Source of the DNA: Geosiphon pyriformis uo1
Taxonomy: Eukaryota > Fungi > Glomeromycota
Assembly (NCBI GenBank): GCA_016748015.1
Contig: JAAOMT010000096.1
Location: 68,803 to 132,802, forward strand
Direction of reading: 5' to 3'
DNA length: 64,000 bases
This document shows positions 13,701-25,400 of the stretch, in pieces (the first letter of the stretch is position 1; the number at the start of each line of letters is the position of its first letter). The notes under the pieces were generated by a model. The model was not told the origin of the DNA. It saw nothing but the letters and a program-made list of their open reading frames with translations, and ran no database searches. Position numbers and translations under genes: made by a program.

Positions 13701-15400
13701 GAGACCCATGCTTCCTTCCAAGGGCTAGGCACCAATTCTCTGGACAAACAAAAGTTCAAAAGCACCAGCAACATATCCAGAACTGACCTATTACAGTGTT
13801 TCCAAAGCTCATTTGAAATACCTGACAAACCAGCTGTTTTGTCATCTGGAAGATTAAAAACCACCCCAAAAAACTCATCATACTCAATTGAGCACATAAC
13901 TCCAGAAAAAGCTTTATCAAAAACATATTCTAATGGTTAATACTGGTGACACCAATCAACTGAGATATTACTGACCACCCAGCACTTTCTAGTCCAACCC
14001 TCCATGATCACATCTACCTTAGACTTAACCAGATCAGGTTCCAAAATCAATTCATCATCAACCACCAAATGATTCAGCACAACCTTATGAAACGGGCATT
14101 CCAATATACTCCTTATCATATGACTCTTATTCATTTCAAAGCTTTCCATCCTTCTGCTTATGACAGACCTGATGTTTGCCTCTTTAGTATTCTGAGACTT
14201 AATAAGCTTGGACGCCTAATAAGATTTCCTAACACCCAAAAGAACAGAAAAAACACGACCAGATTCCACACCAGAGTTCACCAAATTCTGAATGGTTGAA
14301 GCTTTAACACTGTCCAAAGAAGCCCAATGCTCCATGAGAGAAGCAAAATCCAAAGCACACCCTACACGAGACGCCTTAATAATCTTCGAAACCAGAAGCT
14401 CCAATTTGTGAAACTTCGAAGAGTCTTTGATAAAGACATCGTTGAATTCCTTGAACCATTTTTTCTTGAAAACCTTACCAGCTGAGAAAACTATTATTCT
14501 GCAAATAACACTCCACATTACATCTAAATCCGAAAGCCTCGCAGAGGCATCAAACTCATCTGAGAACAAAGTAGCATTGGCTGACGTAGCACCTTTAAAA
14601 CTGTTCTACTTAATCTCATCAGCACCCTTGAAATCAAATTTCCAATGGTCCCTATTCACTTGTCTGTGAAGAGAGTTTAACTGCATATTCAAAAGTCCAC
14701 CCAAACCTACAGCCATTGAAACAGCTTGGTAATCCATATCAAAATGCTTACTAACATCCAAAACTTCACAATTCACTATCACATCGATCAGATTTGGAGA
14801 AACAAACACATAATCAATCATCTTCATGACACCCCTAGAATTTGCCCAAGTGGGCAATTTTGAAGCTAGGCTTCCAGCCAAAAAATTCACCAGACCCAAA
14901 TCTAGACACTTTTTAAAACTTGCATATTTATGAGAACCGTCTTCATTGAAATCACCACCAAGAACAACGAAGGAAGATTCATTAACAGCTTTTGTAATGA
15001 GACAGTTGACTTCACCAGCCTAAGAGAACTGAACTGCTGAGGAAGCACCAGCATATAGTCCCAGAATAGACACCGAAAGTTTATTTCTGAAAAGTAACTT
15101 AATGGACAAGAGCTGACCAGACATTTCTGAAATCTTACACATATGTTTTGCCAAAGAAAAATTTATGATGACTACAACACCAGCACTCAGATAGCCAGAT
15201 TCTAAACCAGAGATAAACATTTATACACCATCAAATTTGTTGACAATCCAGAAATGAATCTTTCCTCTTAACTTTGATTCTGTAAAAATAGAAACTAAAT
15301 TGTCTTTATCCTTATGCCAATGAATGACATCGTCCTATTTCACAGGATTGTTCATTCCTCTGACGTTGCAAGTAGCAATATTCCAAATCAGATTGGTCAT
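10730..15400 (-). pseudogene. LINE ORF2: AP endonuclease, reverse transcriptase, RNase H and C-terminal Cys/His motif; many premature stops
   Basis: APE motifs IATCNVRG, LGGDFNE and IDYVFVS; RT motifs QKAYDSVG, GLDQGEVFSPLLW and AFVDDTIW; RNase H motifs VYTDG, TLAEL, LFSDNQ and HKVKSH...NECAD. Confidence 0.92.
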
Positions 15401-18067
15401 TGAGAAGAAGAAGAATTTGAACCTACACCAAAACTGTCTACTTTGGCCGAAAGGCCCAGAACTGTTTTTATCAGACACTTCATGCTGTCTTCCAACTTGG
15501 ACACCACAGATACATCAAAAAACACCACTCCCACAACAACCTTACCACTGGTGGCTGCACCTGAACCCTTACTCATCACTATATCTGCCCCTTAATTCTG
15601 TGATGAAGGAGTCACCAACGGCTGACATCTAGGGCTTGGCTGGGAAACCATTGGCCCAAGTGCATCCAACCTCTTAGCCAGCTTATCCACCTGCTCCGCG
15701 AGGCTGGCAATGTTATGGTTTAAGAATTTAACAAAAGAATCATAAAAATAATACAAACTATTCAATCATAATATAGCGCAGTAATAATTTTAGAAAAATA
15801 ATGATTAACATAGTAGCAAACACCATTTTGTGATAGTGGCAAGCACCAGTTCACAATAGCAGCCAACATCAACTGGTGATAGCAGCAAACACCAGGTTAA
15901 AATATCAAAAAGAAAGTATTACAATGTGTTTTCTCATAGAACTACAAACATGTATATATACAGTAGCTTTAATATTGGGAAAAAAGAAGCAAGTAATAAA
16001 AATCATAACTTATCAAGCAATAGATCCAATTTTATCCAACAAACTCCATTTTAAATCATACTTTCAAATTAAATATCCCAAAAAACCTTTAAATCAAAAA
16101 GAAATGAAAAAGAATATTTAAAACTGAATTATCACAACCCAAAGTATTAAGAAACTTACTTGTATTATTTATTAAATGAAACTATCATTCATCAACTGAA
16201 TCTCTTGGAAGAATAATCCTTGATCAAGATTATTCACGTTATTACTAATTGATAAAAGCTTTATTGTAAGAATTAGAAAAAGCACTAAAAGCCATTAACA
16301 TTCTGTGTTTCTAGATTAGAGAAACACATCAGACAATTGTAAAGATAGTCTCAAAAAAGACCCCAGACAGTGGGTAGATTTCAGTTCAGCCTCTAAGAAG
16401 GAGTACATAAACACACACAACAATCAGGAATTGAAGAATAACTTACATCACAACATTAAAAAGAAAGCCTTCAGTATAACAGTAACATTATTACACAAAT
16501 AGAATTAAGAAACTCACGAAAGACTGATTGCAATTAAAATGGGATATCAGCAATTAAATATAACAAAAAAACCATCTTGTAACAGTGAGACTGCACTCAA
16601 GAGTGGCAAACCTATCATCAATTTCCATTGAAACTGGCAGGGACAGCTCTATTTTCAAAGAAGAACCAGATTTCACAGAAACCTTTCATCCAGAGAGAGG
16701 GGGAAAAGAAGACCCACTAGCAACCTTTGCCCAAAAAAGACCACCAAAAGAGACTGGATAAGCAACTGGAGCTGATTGTTTGGCATAGATGGCTGCCAAT
16801 CTGCTTTTATTTGTGTCTGACAGAGCTCTACGCAAAGACAAACTTGATGAAACTTTTCCACCAACCTCACAGCCTAATGATGTATGGCCTAATTTCCCAT
16901 ACTTGGCACACTTAGCTGAGACAAGATGAGACCAGCAGAAATTGGTGCCCCTCAATACTGGTGTGGTTCCCACGATGACATCCAGTGATTCAGCAGAATC
17001 AAAACAGATGACAGCACACTTAGCCCTAATATATGTAACTGGATGACAATCAATAACACATGTCCTTCCACCCACTGAAACAATAAAATCTCAGATGTCA
17101 TGAGCAGTCATTCCCATTGGTAAAGTATAGAACAGTGCCCTATGCTGGTCTCTTGCATCTCATGATTCTTTGTCTAAATCCAATCTAGCTACTTGTACAG
17201 CATCCTTCCCAATTAAGATTGACCATTTCGCCGTGACCAAATTGGCATGACCTGATTGCTCAAACTCTACTACAGCTTTCTGCCACAGTCTTACCAATTG
17301 CATCTTGATCAACTTAATTATCCCAAACTTGGAGAGCGCAGTGCGCACAGCCTCAGCTGATGTTCCAACCGGAATTTCCTTCAACACCACAGCCCAATCT
17401 AAGCAACCAGCAGATTTTTTAAGATCAGTGTTTATTATGATATTCGCATCAGTAGCCATTTTGGTAGTCTTCACCAAACTCGATTTGGAAGTGAATGTTG
17501 TCCGGATGATCTCAGCAAATTTTGAGAGGGTAGAAACCCCCCCCCAAAACCATTGATTCTTGAAAACAATTTTCTGACCACCACCAATTTCTCCTGAGAT
17601 GATTTTCCAGTAATCTTGTCTAAGCCAATATCTAAAGTAAAAGATTTATGGATGAAAATGGCAACCAACTTTTTGACAGGTGTGAGAAGTGCCAGTGGAG
17701 TATCAAGAAGAACATCATTATCATTTTTGTCAAGCAAAAAATCAATCTTTCCCAATGGTTTGCCCAGTGCCTTTTTTGTTTTGACTCTTATACCCGTAGG
17801 TGTCTGATCATGATCCCCTTCAGCAAGAGCACTGCCTTTGCTGTAGTCGAAACTGGTTTCCTCTACAAGGCATTTCTCTTCCATGTCAACACTTTCAGAT
17901 TCAGTAGTGTTACTAGTCTCAAAACTCCATGAACTACTTTTCCGAACTTTAGGACCGATATTACTACTACCAGAACTACCTTCCAAAACCCTGCCTCTTC
18001 TCTTTTTACTTGGAAGAATAGGTCTGAAACCACCACCAGAAACAGAAGCTTTAGCAGCTTTCTTCAT
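15397..18067 (-). pseudogene. LINE ORF1 (RRM-like region and Zn knuckle), interrupted by a solo LTR at 15711-16584
   Basis: VVLKEIPVG...ALSKFG.I..IKMQL...WQKAVVEF; knuckle CAKYGKLGHTSLGC; homologous to 38142-39967. Confidence 0.85.
15711..16584. mobile_element. Solo LTR, family C (874 bp)
   Basis: TGTTA...TAACA termini. Flanks GCAA/GTGA are consistent with a GCGA TSD decayed at CpG. Removing the insert restores LINE ORF1 ...ATLECSLASLAEQVDKL.... Confidence 0.85.
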
Positions 18068-18347
18068 AACAGCAATACTACAGCCAACAGTAGCCTTATA
18101 GTCAAGAATAAAGAGTTTAGATTTATCATACTGAATTGTAAAAAACTTTCTTTAAAAAATTTTATGACTCTTTTTTAGGAATTTGAGACGAAGAAAAGAA
18201 AGAAGTCTATACAATCCAATTTTTTTTTTGTTTTTTTAAAGTGGTATTTCTTGATGTTTAGCTTTAATTTTGCTGTTTGTAATTATTAAAAAACTTTTTG
18301 CAGATTGATTAAATAAGCTTTGAAAGTTGGAAAGTATATATTAGTAT

Positions 18348-19051
18348 TGTTATGGTTAAAACTTATAGTTTTTATTAGTTATTATATAATTAACCACTTT
18401 ATTTTTAGATAGTAATTATTAATCTAATTAATAATCTAATTATTAACCTAATTATTGATCTGATTAATAACTTGACCATTAACTTAATTATTGATCTGAT
18501 TATTAATTACTTTAAATAGTTATATAAGCAGCTAAGTTTCTTAGCTATAGAAAAATATGGAAAAATATATGTAAGAAATCAAAAAAATAAAACAATATTT
18601 ATTAATTTATTCATTTTCTTATTATTTGTTTCTCTTTCTATATTTTTTATTTTTAAGTATTTAAATATTTTGAAATAAAAAATAACTTGTTGGTATTTAT
18701 TTACTCTTTTTTAATTTATATAATTGTAATATTTAAAGATTATTAAATAAAATATAATTAAAGAATATATTTAATACCTAATATTGAATTTTAAGAATAC
18801 CAACATAAAACATAGAATTATATCAGAATGTTATTATTTATTGACAATATAGACTATTTTTCTATTTTCAGATTCTCTAATTATTCTTTGAAAAAATTAG
18901 CAATTAAAATATTTTATAAGACTGATTTTACATATTGAATCTATATTTATTTAATTCACTTCTTAAAGTTAAATTTTTTTTGATTAATTTTATTACTCTA
19001 CAATCTTGTTTTTTCTTGTTATTTATTAATTTGTTATTTTAATTTATAATA
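18348..19051 (+). mobile_element. Solo LTR, family B (eroded)
   Basis: Starts TGTTATGGTT and is homologous to 35755-36432. Flanks GTAT/ATAT; the host RT resumes on both sides. Confidence 0.8.
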
Positions 19052-21438
19052 ATATTATTAAAATAGACAACTACTAATTACCATAAAAGTTTTTTATATA
19101 CAATATTTATAAGTCACTAGAATATTGCTGGTGTATTGCAAAGTCTAAAAAACATTATATTAAATTCATAGTTTTTTTTTTGTATAGTAAATTCTGTTTT
19201 GAAATAATTCTTAAAATCTATTTTAACTTGTCAGTATTTATTTTCTAAGTCTAAAGTTAAGAAAAACTTGGCTTTTCTTAAGGCATCTAATATGTTGTTA
19301 ATTTTAGATAAAAAGTATATATCTTCAATTATAATACTATTTAATTAACAATAGTTAACACAAAATCAAGTTTAAAATTATTAATTACTAGCAAAAAAAT
19401 TGGTTCAATTCAACCAATTTATATTATAAAACTGGTTTCAGTTAAATAACAATAAATTTGGTTTTAATAATTAATTAGTACTTCATAATAACAACTAATA
19501 GCCACCCAAACATTTTTACATTCAACCTAGTTATTTTACAATACCAGAAAATTAGAATTTTTATTATATTGTACTTTTAAAAAGTAAAACTACAGTATAA
19601 TAGTAAAATTTTTTTCTTAATTATATTATAATTTTATTAGCAAAGATTGTCAAAAATGCTAATATTTTAAACATATTTTCATTTAAATTTGAAGTTAATA
19701 AATTTTTTTTTTACTTAGCAATATAGCAGTCTTTGAACAAAAAACAATTATTACTATATATATAAAAGCTAAAATTAAAAAAAATTTATTTAATTAATCT
19801 TAAATAGTAAATCTATTGAAAGTATTATTACTTATTAATTGATAAAACAACTCAAAAAAAATATAGATTGACTTATTTAAACAGTAATTATTATAGCTAA
19901 TAATATAAAAAAAATATCAGTAGAAAAAATTAACAACTTTTTTTTATTGTTAATAAAATTATCATTCTAATCAAAGTTTTTATTATAAATATATTTTAAT
20001 ATTAAGTTCTTATTGGAAATAATTGGCTTCTTAAAGCTAATATAAATTTAGATTAGAAAATATAAAAACTAAAGATTTTTATTAAGAACAATACATTTAT
20101 TTATGATACTTTTAATAAACAATCAAAAAAAGCATTAGTTTTTGAATTTAAAAAAGAATATAAAAAACTAATTATTAAAATCTATATGGTTTTAACTTTT
20201 GGTCTGATTTAGTTAAAAAAGCAAAACAACAGCTATTTGATTAATTTAAACTATAATTAACATTATAATTAAAAAATTCTAATTAACAAATATTATTAAC
20301 AACAATAATTAAACAAATTAACAATTAATATGTTCTTTATTTTAAGCCACAATCTAAGAAACAATCTGTTTATATCTTATTTAAATACAAAAATTGTAAT
20401 AAAAAGCTTTTATTTATGGAAACTTGTATATTATTAAAAAAAAATACAAAACTTATATTTATTACTACTGTAAAGTTTATTATTAAAAACAATTTAGAAG
20501 TTCAAAATAAAGTAGAAAATAAAATAACATATTTTGTCTTATATATAAAGAATTGTTATTAGAAAAATACAATTAGATTGATGTTATAATAAGAAAAAAT
20601 GTCTGTAATTAAATTTGTTAATATGCTCTCTTTATTTTGAAAAAAGTAAAATAATGAATATTTTTTATTGCAGCATATAATAACACTCTTAATATACTAT
20701 ATTATTTATATGATGCCAAAATAATCTATAAACTGACAATAATTCTAATTAATAGAAGATTTCAAGAAAATATTTATTAAATAAAAAAGACAGAATATAT
20801 TAAATATACTATAAAATTAATCAGATCTGACTATAAAAATAAAGTAAAACTTTACTAACATCTAATTATGTATATTTTTTTAAAGAAACTCAAATATAAT
20901 AGTTAAAACAAATAAATATTCAACTTTACAAAGAATATATTATGCTTTGTAATAATATATAGTATCTCAAATACTATACTATTATTTATTGAAGATGATT
21001 AAAAAAAAACTAAATTCAGAAAAATTGAAAAAAAAGCTTTAACAATTCTAATTTACTTTAATAAAAACCAATTTGTTTTATTTTTCAAATACTTTAACAA
21101 CAATAAGCAAAGAATTAACTTAAAAAAAGTCTACAAAATTAATACAAAATATGACTTATAATATTTAAAAAATAATATATTTATCTTGAACTAAAATTAT
21201 TTACAAATATTTACCTAAAAATTGTTTTTAAAATTCTATTAAGAACAATAATACAAATTGCTTTTCAATTATTACTAACAAGCAAAAAAATTAATATTAG
21301 AAGAAAAATTATAAATATTAAATATATTAAAGACATTATAGTAATATTCCAAAATGAAACTGAAAAGCCATTTATAATTAAACATGTTAAAAAGATTGCT
21401 TAAGCTATTTATTTATTTTTAATCAACATTTTGGGCTT

Positions 21439-22413
21439 TGTTACCAGACAAAATTAGAGATATTATTTAGCATAAAATTATCTTATAATTCCTATCATTA
21501 ATTAGCATTGTTTCAAATTATTACTTATTACATTAGCAAAAATGTCCGAAATTATCATTTAATTAATAACCCAAATTGTACACAACACAAATATAACCTA
21601 ATTGCGATGATCAATCATGCAATACCCCGAACTATGTAACATTCAAAAGTTTGCCGAAATTTATAGAAATTTGCTGAAATAATTAATAGTTTACTGAAAT
21701 ATCTAATAGTTTGCAGAAATAACTTGTAGTTCACCAAAATGTATCTTTAGTTCAGCAAAATTGTAGAAAATAGCAAAGTTCAAGTTCATAGAATAGTGTT
21801 ATGACAAGTTGTATAAAAGAAAAGCTTCTCTTTTCGAGAAAATGTATCTTACTTTTGATTTAACAATTAGAATCATTCTTTATACACAAAAAACAAAATA
21901 AATATCAAATAATTCGAAAAATCAAATCCTGAATTATTTCACTTTTGAAATTAACTAATTCCTACTAAACAGTTTGAAATTGATTAGCTACCAATTTCAG
22001 TAAACTGTTAGTGACTCCAGGCCTGGATAGAAAACACTTCTCTTGACAGAAATTTTATTTTTTTTACATTTTTTTTATTTTTCTTTTATTTTCTTATTAC
22101 AATCATTAGGGTAGCCTACAGACGAGATTCCTGTAGAAGAGTTGACTTTCACAGCAAAGTAACTACACATTTCTAGTGAGCTTCCAGACGAGCAATTCCT
22201 GGAAAAGAGTTGACATTTACTATAACATAACTACATAAAAGCAACTGGCAAGGAATTGGCCATTCTACTCATAAGCCCAGCAGCTCAAATTATAGGAGAT
22301 AATTTGAGAATAAATTCAGTTATCGAAGGTTCAAACACTTCTCATAATTGTAAATTAACAGCATTACAACAAACATACAAGAGCTAAGAAGAGACCAAAA
22401 ACCTCCAGTAATA
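21439..22413 (+). repeat. 5' LTR of the family A element (975 bp)
   Basis: Direct repeat of 30322-31622 once the gap duplication is removed; followed by the PBS. Confidence 0.95.
21812..21818 (+). promoter_or_regulatory. Putative LTR TATA box (TATAAAA)
   Basis: A close match to GTATAAAAGAAGAGCTTCTCT is conserved in family A LTRs, including the diverged solo LTR (~51106). Confidence 0.6.
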
Positions 22414-22415
22414 TT

Positions 22416-22426
22416 TGGTGCTCTCC
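22416..22426 (+). promoter_or_regulatory. Primer binding site TGGTGCTCTCC (tRNA identity not determined)
   Basis: TGG starts 2 nt after the LTR end; the same motif occurs in the copy at ~3450-3460. Confidence 0.8.
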
Positions 22427-22458
22427 TACAGAAACAACACAGCAAAAACAACTTCAAA

Positions 22459-25400
22459 GTGGCGACCACACCAGACACAACAACTTTAGAGTATTACCAA
22501 TCAATTTACACCCACTGCAAGCAAAGATTCAACATTCCAGACGGAATTGAAATTGTCAAGAAATCAGTATACCAATACATTGAAAACCGCATCAACAATT
22601 ATCTTTTTGGAAATTACAATATCTTAGAAGTTAGAAGCAATCTTTACAATAATTTAGCACACTATTCACAGTTGGGAACTGAAGACCTTAACAGTGAAAC
22701 ACTTGCCACTTACTTTCACAAACTTAATTTTAACATTATCAAATACTGTGAAAAAACATATCTAGTGCAGTCTCAATACACTATTGATTTTGAATCAGAA
22801 ACAGAAACAAGCAACAAAGGCAAAAACAAATTGAAGCAATACTCAAAAACCACCCCAAATACTCCAATACTACCAAAAACAACTGCCAACCATTTACAAA
22901 CACCTGAACAAGGAACCAGTTCAAAACTTCCACTTACTATCACATCTTTTCCAGCTTCATTTGCACAAGCACAAACACCTAATTCACCCTTGAATCGATT
23001 TGCAAGACCAGAAGATTTTACATCACTCAGAAGTTCCACCAAACAACAAGAACTCCTTTAAACTAGTTCCAATCTCCTTGATTTTCTAGCTGAAAATCAA
23101 AGTAAACACTCTGAGACAGCAGCAAACAAAGAAAACAACTCTGAAATAACTGAAGAAGAATTAATAAACAGTGAAAACGAAGAAGACAAAATGACAACAT
23201 ACATCGCAAAAATCCCTGAATTCAATGGAGAAGATATTGAGACCAGTCCCCAAAAATGGCTTGACCAAGTTACTAAAACTGGAGATGCAAATGAATGGAA
23301 TGCTGCCAGAATGTTAAGAACAATTCCCTACTTTCTCAAAGGAACAACAGGAGAATGGTTTGAAAACCTGGCTGCCCCATTTAATGATTGAAATGCTTTC
23401 AAAGCAGCCTTCTTTGAACAGTTCACTGACAATAATACCTCCATTACCCTTCACAATTGTTTTCGAAATATCAAACAAAAACCCTCCAAATCTGTTATGA
23501 CTTATATTGGGAAATTCAACAAACTTCTCAAACAAATTCGCCAACTTGAAACAAATGATTATTATTCCGATGCTCAAATCTTGGATCAATTTATCACTGG
23601 TCTAAAAGATAAACTAATTAAAAAGGTTTGCCCACATGCGCCAAAAGATTTAAACTCTGCCATACAGCATGCGAAAAGATATGAAATGGCCATGAAAGAG
23701 ACCAATTGCACAAAACTTGTAAATTTGACAATTGAAGAAACCAGCTCAGCAGCCGAGAAAAAAATTGACCAACTCACAAAGAAGATTGAAAACTATTTCA
23801 CCAATCAACAACAACAGCAACCCCAAAAATATCAACCATCCCAAAGACGAAATCAAAATAACTTTGCACCACTTTCTAATAACCAGCCTCAAAATTGCCA
23901 TTACTGTGGAATCTCTGGCCACTGGAAAAGAGATTGCAGAAAGCTACAATGGGACCAACAAAATAGGAGTAATCAACATTACCCTCCATCACAGCAATCT
24001 TATTATCAACCACCACCACCAGCTTACTATCTACCAAGACCCCAATACCAAAATAACTATTATCAGCCAGCCCCACAGCCAATCCAACAGCAATACCAAC
24101 AACCACCCACACAACATTATCAAGTACCTGTTCAAAAACTGATTACATAAAATCAATTCATACCACAAAACTAATACCAAGTAAACAACAATAGAATCAG
24201 TTCGAACAACCAATTGGTTTTCCGAAATTCCACTTAATCAAGACCCAACCACTACCACACTCAACCCAGTTATTTAACAATGCCAGAAGAACAGGAGTTT
24301 CACCATACTGCACCCTCAGAAGATAGAGCTGCAGCACAACAACAAAACTCTTCTCATAATCACACCACTATTCCACCAGCCCGAATTGCTGAAAACGCCA
24401 ATCTCACTGATATTTTTTCTTTCGAGTTTGAAGCCAATGAATTACCATTTCTACTTAGCAATGCAGCTGCCAATGAACAAAAAGCAATCACGGCTATGTA
24501 CACTGAAGCAGAAGTCAAAGGAAAGACAATTCGCTTGATCCTAGACAGTGGATTCGCCAGAAGCATTATCATCTACCAGTTAATGCAACAGTTGAAGAAA
24601 AATGTCAACTGACCAGTTCAAACAGTAATCGTCACTGCCAATGGCATGAAAAAGACCCCAGTAGGAGAAATTGACAATTTTCCATTTACTCTTGATGGAA
24701 TCACCATTCCAGTCAAGATTCTTGTAATAGACGCATCCCAGTACCAAGCTCTCATCGAAAATGATTGGCTTCAAAAAGCCAATGCTAATCTGAATTGGGA
24801 AATACAAGAGTTAACAATTTCCTACCAAGGACGACATGTCCGAGTACTTGCCACTTGTAGTACATTTAACAAACGCTCTGAAAAAGCCCCAGCTTTTGAA
24901 TTCAAACCAAAAGAGAAAAAACCCCTTATTGAAACATTCATGGCACTTGGATTAACATCCAACTGGGCCAATAAAACAAAACAAGAACATTTTACCCCGC
25001 ACTCTGAACCCAAAACCTCTGGATGGAATATACCTTACTCAAAACCCGAACCAAGAAAACAATGCCTCTATATTCCTCTTAAATGTAAGGACTGCCACAA
25101 GAAACTATCGTCAATGGAAGCCTATATTTCACTTGAAGAAAAATATGAAAATCATACTTGTTATTACTACAAGGCTTGCCACAGAGAACAATAGGACCAT
25201 CTAATAAAAAGAAGTGGAAAATGGGACAACACCCCTTGTTTGACTTGTAAAGATATGCTACTGGAAGAATGCAATTGGATTGATGTAGCCATAAGAGGAG
25301 GAGTCTGCGATCAGACCTGCCAATATGCTTTATCAATTTCAGAAAAAGTAAAAAGAGGAACACCCTTTAATGCGGCATACAACAGTGCTTTCAACAAACT

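Larger units (their letters stand above)
10597..18227 (-). mobile_element. Near full-length LINE (non-LTR retrotransposon), inserted in the RT of the old family A copy
   Basis: ORF1 and ORF2 remnants; poly(T) at 10590-10605; approximate TSD TTGTTTTTT. The host RT reading (...KCHFGK|TSLAFLGHIV...) resumes on both sides. Confidence 0.92.
5941..19370 (-). mobile_element. Old, heavily AT-eroded family A copy (RT-RH-IN-ORF3-3' LTR; LTR ~5941-6738), split by two LINEs and a family B solo LTR
   Basis: Segments 5941-7551, 8463-10590, 18230-18347 and 19052-19370 align in reverse to the 3' LTR, ORF3, integrase, RNase H and RT of the intact copy. Confidence 0.8.

Noticed and set aside
12122-17932. Numerous short antisense and alternative-frame ORFs over the LINEs and gag (also 1658-2105, 23314-24213, 51428-51688)
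   Set aside because: Shadow ORFs arising from strand-biased composition, with no recognisable motifs and no conservation of start or stop between copies.
22110-22240. Hammerhead or hairpin ribozyme in the LTR hairpin array
   Set aside because: Neither strand has a conserved CUGANGA plus GAAA core, and there are no hairpin-ribozyme loop B sequences. Kept only as an unassigned structure.
24007-24030. PPxY late-domain motif (PPPPAYY) after the Gag zinc knuckle
   Set aside because: It lies in a Q/P/Y-rich low-complexity tract where the motif arises by chance, and the second copy reads SPLPTYY. There is no support for budding.
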